Assembly: GCA_015680685.1 (NCBI GenBank)
Contig: MNCI01000807.1
Span: 175,996 to 239,995 of the forward strand
Source: Gnetum montanum
Taxonomy: Eukaryota; Plantae; Gnetophyta
Length of the DNA stretch: 64,000 nucleotides
Direction of reading: 5' to 3'
Shown here: piece by piece, positions 25,502-39,074 of the stretch
Layout: each line of letters starts with the position of its first letter
Numbering within the stretch: position 1 is the first letter of the stretch
Made by a program: the position numbers and the translations under genes
Notes under the pieces: model-generated
What the model saw: only the letters and a program-made list of their open reading frames with translations
What the model was told of the DNA's origin: nothing
Database searches by the model: none

Positions 25502-25699
25502 ATCATTGGGGTGAGGATCTTGGGGCAATGTGAGGAAGCTACACTATGCTAGCATGTGGGTGATCCTGATGTATAATGTAGGTGACCACTACATCACGTG
25601 GTTGGGTTGTGCAAATTTGAGTTGGTGACTTTTATGTACATTTGTACATTCTCTTTTTTGGAATAAAATCACCAACCCTATCTTTCATACTTGTAGATT

Positions 25700-27083
25700 C
25701 TTAAACATCTTGGGCACTAGTAAAATCAAGAATGGATGTCATTGAATGTTCAAAACATCACTCACATTATCAATGACATCTTTAATAGTAACTTCTTGAC
25801 CTTCATGAGGCATGATTAGGATTTTTTTCCCATTGCCTAATGCAAGGATGAGTCAGACCATAGCAACATTTCGAAATATTTGTGGTCTAGTCATCCCTTA
25901 TTGGTTGCATCAAGAAACCACCCAATACATGATTCATAAAGACTTCTAATTCATCTATATTTACACTAAGTAATTCTTGAAAGTCTCTCTCTCTCTAGCC
26001 TATTACTTAGAATATATCCTACAATTGGCTCATAGCTAGTCAATAGTTTTTAGGATCTATTGCAATTACATGAGTAGATGATCCTACGACACTCATTTCT
26101 ACTATAGATATGCTTTGTGAAACTTAATGTTGGAAGATGCTTCCCATTAATCATTCTTAGCTAGTACAAGTTTAATAATCTCAAAGTATATGAATTTTAA
26201 ATCCTTCTAATTATATCATTGGTGTACCTAGTTATTCTTATTTTTTAATACAATTTCCTTACTAAACAAGGAAATGACAATGTGGATTTTCCTAATTGTT
26301 TCTCCTAGAATCTCCATTCTATCTTTAAGAAAATAATATTAGGCATGTTTGCAAGATATCTTCCATTAAGGATAGCACTCTATATGGAAACACAAGTAAA
26401 GATTCTATTTAAGCATTTTGTAAAATTGATGTCATAGATGCCTATCTTGAAGTAGATATTTTTAGCCAAAATAAGGGCGTAAATTCTTTGTTCTTATCTC
26501 CATAGGCTCTCTCTACTCATAGATTTCTCATTTATGTATTAGATTGAGTAAACATCATAACTATCTCAATTCCAGTGCTGCAGCAATAGCCTTGAAAAAA
26601 TTAGAAACTAACATCCCCTCAATCTTCATTGTAGAATCTACTTGTCTATTATGTAAAAATTGGTACATTTTCCCTAGGCATGAGTCTCTATTAGTTGATA
26701 TCATTGGCTAGAACAGTAAAGCCTATAATTTCTCTTGTACCTCTTAAGTGGTAAATTTTAAAAACAATTTAAAGTTGAGTTCAATGATCACATCGAGTAT
26801 GACTTTTTACTAATGACTTCAACACATCTATCTAATAGTGTGATCAATTTTCTTTCTTCCAAATCAGGTGGTAAAATCACTTTTACCTATGAAGACTATG
26901 GTGTTAATTAATGCACTAATGTAGATTGCACTTCTAGTTTCCTAGGTACTTGTTCTTTTGTGCAAAACTATTGTGTTTATTCCTATCACATTCCCTTCCA
27001 CTTCCTCGAGTACATTCTACTTGTGACCTTTTTTCACATGGTTGTGAGGGTTCTCCCTCTTTGGGAACTCACTTTAGTGTCAT
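25700..27083 (-). pseudogene. Divergent copy of the Athila accessory ORF (5' part)
   Basis: ELNFKLFLKFTT*EVQEKL*ALLF*PMISTNRD...HNRQVD and AILNGRYLANMPNII/FLKIEWRF*EKQLGKSTLSFPCL align with the accessory ORFs of A and B; actaac...tatag|ATG at 27083. Confidence 0.65.
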
Positions 27084-27147
27084 CTATATTCACTAAGAAT
27101 TAATTGTTAGTCTTCCATAAACTTTTTGGATTCTTAAAAAAGGAAGT

Positions 27148-30100
27148 ATATAACACCCCATATTTTTGGATCCTTGTATATATATCCCTTTATAAAGATT
27201 GTTTTTCTCAGTTCTTAAGTATGTTATGCATGTTAGTAATTTGATATATTTTATGGTTACACACTTGATATTTGATGAGTTTTGTGATGCATGTATGAAT
27301 TAATGTTATTATACATATTTTTTGTATCTATATATATATTTAGTTAGCAAATGTGCACTAATCCTATTGTTGAGTGTGCCAGGATTTCATGAGAGGTGTG
27401 GTTCAGAGTATGGCATGATTGATACTCTATGATTTTCTTGATATTTCTTATAAAATATTTTATGATTTTATTTAACATCTTATATTGCTAGTTATTTTAT
27501 TCATATTTATTTTTAGGATATCATGGGATAATGATTTCCTTAGCTTATGCTTTATTAATTATTCTTGGTATTTATGGATGTTACATAAGAGTAGAGAAAA
27601 TTATCTAAGTGATGACAAAGATTAATGAAAGTATTTTTGTAGTTCAACTCTTATTTTTGATAATTATTTGATTTTTTCTATTTCTATGATTTTTGGTAAT
27701 CTTCCATTAAAACTTCCATGGATCTTTCATTCCGCACACCTTGATGACTTTGGTTACATTATGAAGAGGTATTATTAGAGATTAAAGCTTGTGGAGATGC
27801 TAGTGGATTTTAGATTAGTTATACTTTTAGTTGGATCTTTATTGTAGTCATTCTTCCTATATCAATTTCTTCATGCAATTTAGAGGTCCATTTTTATATC
27901 ACACTTTTTATGCACACTATGTGGATCGATTTTGCAAATTGATTTCTTGGATTTTATGTGTGTTTATGGGAAATCTAGGTATTATTTTTTATAATGTGAG
28001 AAGGAAAATTTTTGTAATTCCAATTTAGATTAGGAATTGTATAGAATTCTTGTATGAATATATGGGTTTTCTTAATCTACTGTATTTTTTTGAACTATAA
28101 TTTCTTTTCCTTAATCTAGGGTTTTAAGATGTAGAGAATTATGTTGCCAAATTATATGTAGATCAATAAAACATCTGTATCTTTTTCATACTTTCAAGTT
28201 ATAGTTCAATCTATATGTTTTTATAATACTCATAAAATTATCTACCATTTAAAAAATAAGCACCTCAAAATTCATATTATAATTTGATTTATTAGCTAAT
28301 CTTTCAGACCTATCTAAAATCATAGAAAATTTTATGTTGCTAATTTAGAAGGCTATATCTCTGAAAATATAAAGAATTGTACTTTAAAATTTTACCTTAT
28401 TTTTTTGATATATAATATACTTTATATCCAAGTATAATCACATAAAAATGTTATGTTATTACTAATTTATAATTTTATTTCTCTCTGCTATCTAAAATTG
28501 CATCAATTTAAGTAGCATAGATTTAAAAACATCTATCTCCTAACTTGTAGTAGATATTGATCTAAACATTTATTTTTTATTTTAAATAATTTTATCTTTT
28601 AAATAGTTTTGGAATTAACTAAAAGTTATATGCTATATCTAAGTTATAATCAATTTATCATTAGTTACTTTCTCTATTGATGTTTTGAGTTGATTTAGAA
28701 AGCATAGATTCATGGCTTAATATCTCTTTTTGTATGATAGATATTTCTTGAGGTTTTAACAAAAACTAGGAACTCCTATGAGCTTTTATATGAATCAAAA
28801 AGCATTAGCAAATTCAATGTAATGCTAGAGTTATGATAGTTTTACCAATTGTTACATGTTTAGACTATAATATGATTCTAGACTCAATTTGAATTGATAG
28901 AGGCCTTGATACCGTATGTTAAAATCAAAAGTTTGATTATGCTTTGTCATGCTTTAGATATAATATCTTATTATTGCTTTTTTTCTTATTTTATTGTTAC
29001 TACTTGGTTTAGTCTCCTTTCAAATTCGTTCTACTCAATTTGTGAAATTGGATTTGTTGGCAAGTTGACTTTGGCTTGGGATCAAATGTTGGACTCTTTG
29101 GTTGTTTTAAGAAATATCACATTTTTGGATCTATTGATTGTTTATTCATGTCAAATGATGTTTTGGGTTCCTCCACCATCCACATTTGGCTTACTATGTT
29201 TGGCTGATTGTTATGTATTTGGATGATGGAGCTAGCACTGAGCTGTGTGCCTTATTAGAGATGAGCTTCCTAGAGATGTTTGGTGATTGATAATCACTAG
29301 GATGCATCAGTGTGGCTTTCATTGAAGGCCTCATCCTACACAAGAGGATGATTTCATGGCTCATTGGTCTTTTTGTTTGATGCCTCTAGCACATTAGATG
29401 TGAGTTTTATTAAACACCTCTAGCAATACTACTTTGTTAATGCATGAAATCAATCTTGAAGATACTTAGTATTTAGTTTGAGACTAATAATAAATCCATG
29501 AGCATGGTATTTTAATATTTTTTTTGGATACAATTTGGCTTTAGAATTTGAAAAAATACACATAAAAAATTTAATATACATTTGAGACTAAGTGTGGTCC
29601 ATGCTAGCCTTCTTGTTTGTAGGTTGATGGGTGGGGTGATAATTTGTTTGAGTTAGTAATGTTTGGTTTAGACTTATATGGCTATATGACTTTGATTATT
29701 GGTTTTTTTATCTTTGCTAACATGTTTTGCAAACCAACCATGTTCAACCTAGCTTTTATGAGATCTATCCTCTCTTCGATTGGAGATGATGCCAAGGTTC
29801 CTCACTTAATTTTATGTTGATATCTCCTTTTTATTACAGGTTGATTGGATTGGGTAGAGATTAAATATCTTGTATGGTTTGCTAATTTGTTCTAGAGTGA
29901 TTGATGATATATCATATTTTCATATTTGAGCTTTAACTATTTATGTATTAGACATTTCAACACTATGTTAGACATTATTTCCATTTTTCTAGCTTTAGGA
30001 TTTTTGAATTTTGTAGGGGCTAGACCTATCATATTATGTTAATCATATATTAATGGAGGTATTCAAGATTATAGTTTATTTATTCCACTTATTTCTTATA

Positions 30101-30234
30101 TAGTTTTTAGTAAATGATTTGAATTATTCTCTATCTAGTTAGATTTAGTTGCCAGCATATATGTTTGACATAATTTTATAATTACATATTCTTTTTCTTC
30201 TACTATTTTAGTTTCAACTCTTTATAAGGGTCAT
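27148..30234 (+). mobile_element. Long LTR-like remnant of another gypsy family
   Basis: Starts tataacacccc (decayed TGTAACACCC), is non-coding and T-rich, and separates two accessory-ORF copies. End uncertain; no TSD. Confidence 0.4.
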
Positions 30235-30249
30235 AGGTTCATGCTAGGT

Positions 30250-30822
30250 TCCTTTTACTTCCTTTCACTATGTAGTTTGTTTGTTATGTTACTTCTTGCC
30301 ATAGCCAATAGTTCATTACAAGTTTTACCCAATGTAATGCTCTCCAACCTAAGGTGTAAGAAGGAAGGTATTATAATCTACTTACTTGTTATGCCAAAAT
30401 TGGCATGTTTTCCCTTGGTATCAATCTCTATTAGTTGAGATCATTAGCCAAAATGTTAAAGCATGCAATCTCTCTTGTACCTCCTAAGGGGAAAATTTGA
30501 GAAATAGATCAAAGTTAAGTTCAACAATCACATTGGCTATGAGCAACATGTTACTAATGGTTTCAACACATTTATCTAATAGTGTGATTGATCTTATTAC
30601 TTCCAAATCAAGTAGTATCATCACATTTGCCTATGAAGCTTGTGATTGATTTTCTAATGCAAATTTCACTTCTAGCATCTTATGTTTTTGTCCTTTTGCA
30701 TGGAACTATTGTGGTTGTTCTCTATCACATTTCCTTCCTCTTCCTTAAGCATGTTCTCCTTATGGCCTTTTCTCACATGATTGTTAGGATTCTCTTGCTT
30801 TGAAAATTCATTTCATTGCCAT
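30250..30822 (-). pseudogene. Second 5' fragment of the divergent accessory ORF (element C)
   Basis: Direct repeat of about 26660-27130; attaac...attatat|ATG at 30822; ctatatatac TATA on the minus strand at 31201-31210. Confidence 0.65.
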
Positions 30823-32422
30823 ATATAATCGCTAAGGACTAAATGTTAATCTTTCACAAATTTTTCATGATGGCCTTAACCTTCTTAATCATTTGGATTT
30901 GATTAAAAATTAGAAAACATAACATTATAAGAATAAAGTGAGTATGAAATATCTTCCCTTGGGCTTTAAGATAATCAAATCATCAAGTTAGTCGATATTT
31001 AATTAAAATTTCCTATTTTTGTCATTTATTAGCTTAGAAAATTTAAAAATGGATTTTAGAAGATTTTTCAAAAATTACACTTAAGATGCCCCATGACAAA
31101 GAATTCAACATCAGATTCTTGATTTATGATTATAGCTCTTAGAATGAAAAAGCAAAAACTCATCACAAGTTTGAATGAACTATGGACAATTTAGGCACAA
31201 GTATATATAGTTCTCTATAATGACAATAGCATAGCTACGACATCATAGTTATGATATTGTAAGGTTGTATATATTATAGCTATGATATCATTGAACATTA
31301 AATTTACATTTTTGCTTCTTTTAGCCTTGAAAAATTAACATTTTCTCATGTTCTAAGTGTTCCAAAACTCCTTGAGTATTGGAAAACTAGAGGATGAATC
31401 CTATTTATGTTTGAAACAATTGAAATAATTAAACCCATGATTTATCAACGTTATATGAACTAAAAATTAGGAGATTAAGGAAGAATTCATGAGACTTGAA
31501 TAGCCTTCAACAAAATCTTAAAGAGATAAATATCACAATAATGTACGAAGGTCATCAACTATTCATGATATTCAGAAGAGTATCATAATGGTTCTTAGAT
31601 ATGATTCCCAATAGTTATACAAGTGGATCCTCCTTAAAGCAAGATCCCACCCTTAATGTCCTTGTATAACCACCTCTACAAGTATTTGTTGGCACTCAAG
31701 GAACTGAATATGAAGCATATCCTTATTTCAATGCACATGTATACAAAACCCATTAAATATGTAATTGTACATAATAGTGAGGTGAAATGAAATTGTAACA
31801 AAATGCACAAGAAAGACATCATGCACCTTACCATGTTCATAATAGATCCTATGTGTAGAGTATGCTTAAAATTATTAACATATTTTATCTTTTACAAGTT
31901 TGAACCAAGTCCATAACTCTTGCATTGACATCATATTACATCATTCCAAGACCATCACCAAGAGATAAACCAATCACCAAGTTGAAACAACAACACTTCA
32001 TAAGAAAAATTGGGAAACATACATTGAAGTTATTAGAAATAATTAATGAATCATTGATGTTTATGTGATGGACCTTGACCATTAGTTAGAGGAGCACCTT
32101 CAAGCATGCATCACATGTTTCTCCAATCACATAATGAGATTAGTATAAGGAATCATGAAATTATTGGAAGTACCCTACCTTTAGGCATGGGTCATGTATC
32201 TTTCTTATGGTATCCTAAGAATGGTTTCTTTAAAAATTAATTAATTATTTAGGTTGTTACCATTACCATAGGACCATATTCAGGCATGGATCACATGCTT
32301 ATCTAGTAACATAAGAGGGGAATAATTGGTTACAAATAGTATTTACCAACAATATTGGGTGGAGGATGGTAGAACCTCAAAATAATTATAAGAGACTACT
32401 GAAACCTTAAAAGAATTGTAAT

Positions 32423-32528
32423 ATAGTTTAACTAGAACTTTATAACTTAGCATTTCCCACTAGAATTAAACCCTTGACTTAGAGCTTTCAAATTAAGTCT
32501 TACCACTAGGCTAACACCTCATTATTTC
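32423..32528 (-). mobile_element. tRNA-derived SINE, family 1, copy 1
   Basis: A-box tagcctagtggtaa and decayed B-box gggtttaattc; flanked by aaaagaattgtaat / aaaataattgtaat (32409-32422, 32529-32542). Confidence 0.7.
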
Positions 32529-32542
32529 AAAATAATTGTAAT

Positions 32543-32665
32543 TTAGGTACACCCCAAGATATATACTCAAAATATAATTTTATAACTCAACATTACTACT
32601 AGAATTGAACCCATGACTTAGAGCATTCAAATAAAAAGTCTTACCACTAGACAAACACCTTATTT
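32543..32665 (-). mobile_element. tRNA-derived SINE, family 1, copy 2
   Basis: Same head (ctagtggtaagac...gggttcaattc) and the 3' end atatcttggggtgtaccta shared with copy 3. Confidence 0.7.
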
Positions 32666-32808
32666 TTATCAATAGTAATGGGAAACATAACTAATAATGT
32701 ACTAACATAGAACTACCAAGACTTGATGTCACATCCTTATCTAACCCTCTTGGTTCTTTTTCCTTCCTTCAAGGTATATGGTGATGACTTACTTTTAGTT
32801 TCAAATGT

Positions 32809-32975
32809 GGTGTGGGGGGGTGTTGGAAACTAAAATAAGTGAAACATAGGTACACCCCAAGATATATAATCCAATTAGAGCTTTATGTAACTCAGAATTG
32901 CTCATCGAAATCAAACCCATGACTTAGAGCTTCCAAATCAAGTGTTTTACCACTAGGCTAACACCTCATTATTAA
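32809..32975 (-). mobile_element. tRNA-derived SINE, family 1, copy 3
   Basis: A and B boxes as above; exact 16-bp flanking repeat ttttagtttcaaatgt (32793-32808, 32976-32991). Confidence 0.75.
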
Positions 32976-33238
32976 TTTTAGTTTCAAATGTAATGAGTAT
33001 CATATTACTCTTGTGATAAGAACCTAATAATAGTGGATATGATGCATTGAATGATGTGAGCTTAGTACTTTGTACCATTAATCATTCAATAATTCAATAG
33101 CATAAAAAATAATTTCAATAACAAAGTTAATTCTTGCATAAAATTTGGTAACTTTATCAACAAAGTATTAAAATCATCTACAAAAATGAAAGAAATGACT
33201 AAAAGAAAATAGAAAATATATATATAACTAGAAAATGT

Positions 33239-33412
33239 GGGAACTAGCTCTTGGTGTAATGGTAAGATGCTTATTTCTTAAGTTGTAAGATCTTGGTTCC
33301 AACCTAAGTGCAACCACTCTAAAAAGATTAAGCTTTTTCTTATCACTGCCCCTCCTAGAATCCTATCTTAATAGTATGAGTGTTGAGCCTTTAGGTGATG
33401 ATACTTATAAAA
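33239..33412 (+). mobile_element. tRNA-derived SINE, family 2 (Au/Angio-domain-like)
   Basis: A-box tggtgtaatggt, B-box ggttccaacc, 3' cccctcctagaatcctatc, A-tail, and TSD aactagaaaat at 33226 and 33413. Confidence 0.75.
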
Positions 33413-33519
33413 AACTAGAAAAATATTAAGAACCAATAAATGTAGTAAGATATGAGGAAAATTGCAAAGAAATAGAAAACTTAGAAAAAGATGTAAAACA
33501 AAAGGTATCAAATGTCCTT

Positions 33520-34718
33520 ATAAGATTTCAATTTGAATGGGCATCTTCCCAATGACTTAGTTTCATGGTGGAGATACAAAAGATGAAACAAGGTTCAACA
33601 ATGGTCGAGATTGAGTATGAGTTTGTGGCTACTTAGAAGTACCTAAATGGTTTGATTTATTGCATGTTAACTAAAATGAGTTTATATGAACTATCAATAT
33701 GGTATATTTGCATGATTCCAAAATTGAACATATAGTAACTGATATAATGTCCTTCCCATAATTTTTAAAATTTGATGCATTGTGACATGTGAATGGGATT
33801 ATAATAGAAGACCTTATCTCCTCATTTAAATTCTACATGCCTTATCCTAACATCATAATGTTTTTGATGTATCATTTATGAATCTCATTCAACATTAGTG
33901 CTTCTCTCAAATTTTTATTTAGCACATTAAGATTCATCAAAGTTTCTTTTTGCACTAAACTAAAATAAAGTTCAACCTCATATATTGTATTTAGTATATG
34001 AAGTTCTATTTGAATGGATAATTTAGAAAGCTTTTATAAATTAATTCATATGGTGAATAGCCTATAGGAAGTATCCACATGGATCAATAGGCCCATATGG
34101 CATCTGTTAGTTTATGCTCTAATATTTTCTATACTTGCTAATGGTCCTTATAAGGATGCATGTAATTTCCCTATTATTCACTTATGCTTAACAATTTGCC
34201 TAGGGATGAGGAGGTGTTAATTTATTGATAAACTTCTATGCATTGCATTAGTTTTTTGAACATAGCATCCATGAAATATGTATCATTATCTAAAATGAGT
34301 ATCCTTGGTACACCAAACCTATTAACCACCTATTATTAAAAGAACTTTGCAGTTGTTGCCACTATGCAATCAGATACTAATGCAACTTCTGCCCAATTTG
34401 TACAATGATCCACGATAACAATAATGTAAAATTTCTTGTTTAACATGGGCATGATATGATCCTTGGAATCAATTCCCAAATATCAAATGGTTACTATAGG
34501 TCAAAAGTAGCCATCTAAGAGAATTTGATGGTTGTTTTTCTTCTTGCACACTTCAAATGCACATCATCTAACTAAATCATTTTCATAGATTTTATAGGGA
34601 TTGTCCTCTATCTCCATGTAATGCTTGACTTGGTATAGGAATTGTTATTTCCTATAAATATCCCATTTAATAGGGACCTCTTACATGAGAAAATATGTTA
34701 TATATTCAACATAATATG
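33520..34718 (-). pseudogene. Element C integrase (distal part of pol)
   Basis: YIIVIVDHCTNWAEV and FGVPRILILDNDTYFMD; continues the pol sequence interrupted at 48197. Confidence 0.8.
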
Positions 34719-35527
34719 TGATGAATCATTGTTGGGTTGCGTTAACGAGCATGCATCAATGCATCCTCATCGACACATGATTTTATGCGTCAATGCATAT
34801 GCGTCAACATGGTGTCTGAGTCTACTTATATAAATTTATGTACCCACTACATTTATGGCATCAAAAAGTTAGAAACATAATGAAGTTCTTGCAATTTCTT
34901 TCTGTAACAATGAGAATATTTTCTAAGTGCCCGCAGTAGGAGTCAAGGATTGTATGGATCATTATTCGAGCACCAATGTACCTAAACACATTGATGTGAC
35001 GATAACAAAGACAAGATTCTTGATATACCTTGCAACACTTGCAAATAGATTAATGTTCACTTTTATGCAATTTACTATTCATGCACTTTACTTCCATGTT
35101 CTTAATTAATTACTGCACCTGATTAGCACACATAAGTATGACCGCCTCAAGCATAACATTAATGTTTGGTAATCCCAACAATGCTATCACTTAGTAATCC
35201 AATAGCACTGGAATGTGTTCAGAATGTGTATGAAGGTGGGACTAGGACATTAGATAATTACTTAGATTAATTCTTAATTAATTACTATGTTCCGTGCTTA
35301 GGATAATTAGATAAAAATATAAAAATAATACAAACCATGTGCTTTGGCTCCACTTAACCATACACTTGCACTTACACAAATGTAGCCAGGAAGACAACAA
35401 TCACACCCATAGATCACTATCTTTGCTATTGGCATTTAGGGAACTAAGGTCCATGGAGTTTGACTAAATCGCTAGTGAACACTTGTAATTCATGTGGTTG
35501 GGCGTAGGGACTATTTGTCACTCATCA
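34719..35527 (+). repeat. Element B 5' LTR
   Basis: tgatgaatcattgttgg...cactcatca; colinear with 47376-48196. Confidence 0.92.
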
Positions 35528-35670
35528 TTGCTGCTATTGACAGGGATGACTAAGTGCGCTACCTAGAAAGATAGTAAAATCATTAATAGACATTGTAAAA
35601 GGAACTTAGTGCTAACATCATTGAAAATAAAGAAACTAATAAAAGCACACTATTTCTCTCAATCACTAAT

Positions 35671-37315
35671 ATGGCTTCTTCTCGCATGAAAGACTCTCTA
35701 CTACCATTCATAAGTGGATTCAATCAGCAACAACAAGAAGGACATAGGACACCAATGCCCCCAAAAATTTAAGGTGGTCTACACTCATCCAAATGCCTAC
35801 ACTCCAAGATTCACCTTCATCTAACACCAAGATGAGCAGCTATAGTGGAGGCACATGGAAGGCAACATTGTGTTGCCTCCCGACTAATTTATTCTTGCAA
35901 TGTTGTTGAACAATCTTATTAGGTTGGGCATTGCAGGACTCAATCCAAAGTACAAAGTGCAATATCATACTTATCAATATTATCATTCCACAAAAGTACA
36001 GAAAAAGAAAGATCAAAAAATGGAAGCCTGACATGAAGCCACAAAAGGTAAATGGGGTCCTACCCACTTATTCTTGTAAACCCATAAAGAAGGTAAGGAT
36101 CTCTCAATACACTAATTCTCCTCCTCTCTTTGATGAGAAGACCCTTAACTAGTATTTGTAGTCCACTGTGAACAACTCTAGTTCTGGAAAGAGTGAATTC
36201 CAAGATGAGGGGGCCTCAAAAGTGGGTAGCCAAGGTAGGAATGAGGAAAAGCACCAAGACAAGAAAAAACAAGGTGGATAGGATAGGGACCAAAGAAGAG
36301 AAAGCAATAGGCACCGCTTTGGTGTTGGGTCCCCTTCCTTTTCACCTTCTTCATCCTCATTATCTTCCTCCTCAAACTCTAATCAAAGTCACAGAGGCGA
36401 TAAAATTCCTGATGGAGGTGAACAATGGGATAGGGATGATCATAGATCCCATTGTAATGATAGAGACTATGGGCATGAGCAACTGGGAGATAATCAAAAC
36501 AAAGAAAGAAGGAATAGCAAGACTTGTCATAGGCATCATGGCCATGATAGGGATCACTGAGACCACTATGACTATGATGAGCCCATGTTGGCAACCACAA
36601 ACATGTTGAACATTGCAGAGGCTATAATGATACCAACTAGGCACGTGAAAGATAGTTGAATCAAATGGTTGGATATAAAGAATATCCCCAAGTTTAAATG
36701 GGGGTATAATTTAGATCTGCAAAAGCACTTGCAAGCCTTACACAATGCATGTGCCTTACAGAACATAGAAAATGACTAGCAAAAGCTAAAACTATTCCCA
36801 CAAACACTCATCAAAGAGGCTCAAAGTTGGTACCAGTCTTTGGAACTAAAATCTATTTGGAGGTGGAGTACAATGCTTAAATTATTTAATTATGAGTATC
36901 AAATGTACTCTAAAGTGTCCAACTTGAGAAGGTAAATCCAAGGATTGGAAAAGAGCAATCATGAATCCTTGGATGCATCCATGGATAGGTAGTACTCCTT
37001 GTTGCACCGATGCCAAGGCCATGGCTATTCTCAAAGGGATCAACTGTGCCACATCATAAATAGGCTCTAAACTGAAACAAGGAGATTTCTTGGGATCTAT
37101 ACCCAAGGAAGGTTGTCTGCATTAAGGATTCATCAAATCCAAAGGCTTATCAAGCAAGTGGCTAAGGAAGAGGATGAGCTGAAAAGATAAGAAAGTGCAT
37201 AAGAGTATAACAAGGATCCCTCTCTTCGCAAAAGGGAGGTGTCTTTCTGTGATAATGACACATCACTTGATGAAGTGGTGAAAAAGAAAACCTTGCCAAT
37301 ACAAAAATCTGTCTA
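35671..37315 (+). pseudogene. Element B gag, N-terminal part
   Basis: Colinear with element A 1707-3230 (LFPQTLIKEAQSWYQSLELK). Confidence 0.85.
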
Positions 37316-38202
37316 AAATTGTTAGCATATTTCCTACCATTTCATGGAGCTATGATGGTCCTTGCTAAGGAAAATTCGATTCAGATGCGCCGAAAAAGCG
37401 CCTGATGAGCCTTAAAAGCGCCTGATGCGCCGCCCTTTTCCGCGTGCTTCCTAAAGGAGGGTTAACGGGACAGCATAGTAATTGTTGGGTTTGCAAAAGA
37501 ATGTTCGTAAATTAGGTAAGCTTCATCAGGTTTGACCCTCATGCCATGAAAATTTGAATCACCAAAGTCAGTTGGGTACCTTGGCAAATTTTCACATGCA
37601 ATCATTGACAGAGTCGTGAAGCAAGGCTCAACCTTTCGCTTGCATTTGCGCATTCAAAGTTCTTATGCTACTGCCTTTCTCAACCAAAACTGATAAATCA
37701 CTAGGGTTTTGCTACAGAAATGAAGAATCAATCTATGCTCTAACATGGTTGCTCTAATTATTTTTAAAGTTACACAGAATGCACTTGAAATGTAACAGGA
37801 AATCCATAGCTTCTGAAAGATATGAGAAACAGGTGTTGTGCATGGTTTTGGTATGCTAGTTTGGCTAGATTTTCGTTGGTTTCTAATGATTTTGACTGTG
37901 AAATGTTCTTCAATGGGGCTTATAGTGATAACTGCGACAAGATGTCTAGCAACTTACAGTTTCGCAACAAGAATGCCTCCCAGGGAAGGTAAAGGTCCAA
38001 TAATTGAACTACTTTGGCTTAGCAAGAGGTTAAAATCAGACACACGGTTTATGTTTCTAACATTGATAATAAACTGGTAAGTGGCACAGTAGGAAGAGAG
38101 TGGCACAATGGAGTGGCCAAGGTGTTACATGTGATTTCGATCTACATACATGGCAGCAAGTGAGCAGTAGACGCACATGATGGCAAGCAGAGAGCAACGT
38201 CC

Positions 38203-38895
38203 ATGACGAGTGTAGTGGAGCATGAGTTACAGAGGCACACTTACATGCTAAGGAAGCTCATTGAGCAAAATCAGCAGCTAGTTACGTAGCAACAGTAATA
38301 GCAAAGCCTCCTCCAAAAACACCGATGATCAAGCAACACTACATATTAGTATTCCCAAGCTCAGCACCCACATTCACACAAGAATTTGTAGCGCCATATT
38401 GAGAATGTCATTCCGTGCTCCTCAGCCCGAGAAACTGTTGTTGCCGCCAACATTCCAGACCAAGACAAAGATGAAGACGACGACGACGATTTTGGATAGT
38501 GCAGAGCTTGTGTAAGAAAGTTTGATGGATTTCAAGGGAAAAGGGGATGAATGATACCAAGGGAGGCAAGCAAGTAATTTTTCCATGGAGCGCATCATCG
38601 CCTGGTGTGGCCGTTGCGACGAACGGATTTGTCGATGGAGGCCGAGGTTAGTATCGCCGCACTCAATGTTGTGTTGAACGTGTGTGTGAAGGTTGTTGAC
38701 ATGCCGGTTCGGTGTGTCAGGAAGTGCTTCGACTCCATGGAAATTCTCAACAACCAGAGAGAGACCCTTTCTTTGAAAAAGGAATTTGATGCATCATACG
38801 GGCCTGCTTGGCATTGCATCATGGGAACAAGCTTTAGATCATTCGTTACTCATTTCCTGCGAGGCTTCTTGTATTTTTCCATCAATAAAGTTTCC
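38203..38895 (+). pseudogene. Processed pseudogene of a plant dynein light chain type 1 (LC8 family) gene
   Basis: N-terminal MTSVVEHELQRHTYMLRKLIEQ resembles the plant 'ELERRSKFLNSLIQ' clade. Core LSLKKEFDASYGPAWHCIMGTSFRSFVTHFLRGFLYFSINKV. No intron at KK|EFD; has stops, frameshifts, a short deletion after DMP, and lacks the final LLFKT. Confidence 0.88.
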
Positions 38896-39074
38896 AAACT
38901 CGTGCACATGTTTTTCCATGGTCAAACTATGTGGTAGCTCCTTCAAATTATTTTGCAGCTTGGTCGAAGAGATAGACAATAAAATTCTATTTATTAACTT
39001 TTATGGTAATCTCTTCTCGTTTTCAATTTGAATAATAATAATATATATAGCTATTTTGTAGAAAAAGGGTGAAT

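Larger units (their letters stand above)
19741..25680 (+). mobile_element. Degenerate L1-clade LINE with three ORFs
   Basis: ORF1 DUF4283-like; ORF2 EN-RT-zf-RVT; a further ORF downstream; aataaaa at 25662. G-rich composition is continuous across the unit. No clear TSD or poly(A). Confidence 0.85.

Noticed and set aside
25380-25560. RING finger at the end of LINE ORF3
   Set aside because: Several Cys/His residues are present but the spacing does not fit C3HC4 in any one frame.
32423-33412. Functional tRNA genes
   Set aside because: A/B boxes are present but there is no closable cloverleaf; unrelated 3' bodies and TSDs indicate SINEs.
38605-38937. Functional dynein light chain gene (110-aa ORF in the track)
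   Set aside because: The start is non-ATG, there are upstream stops and frameshifts, a deletion after DMP, G>R changes in conserved motifs, and the C-terminal strand is missing.
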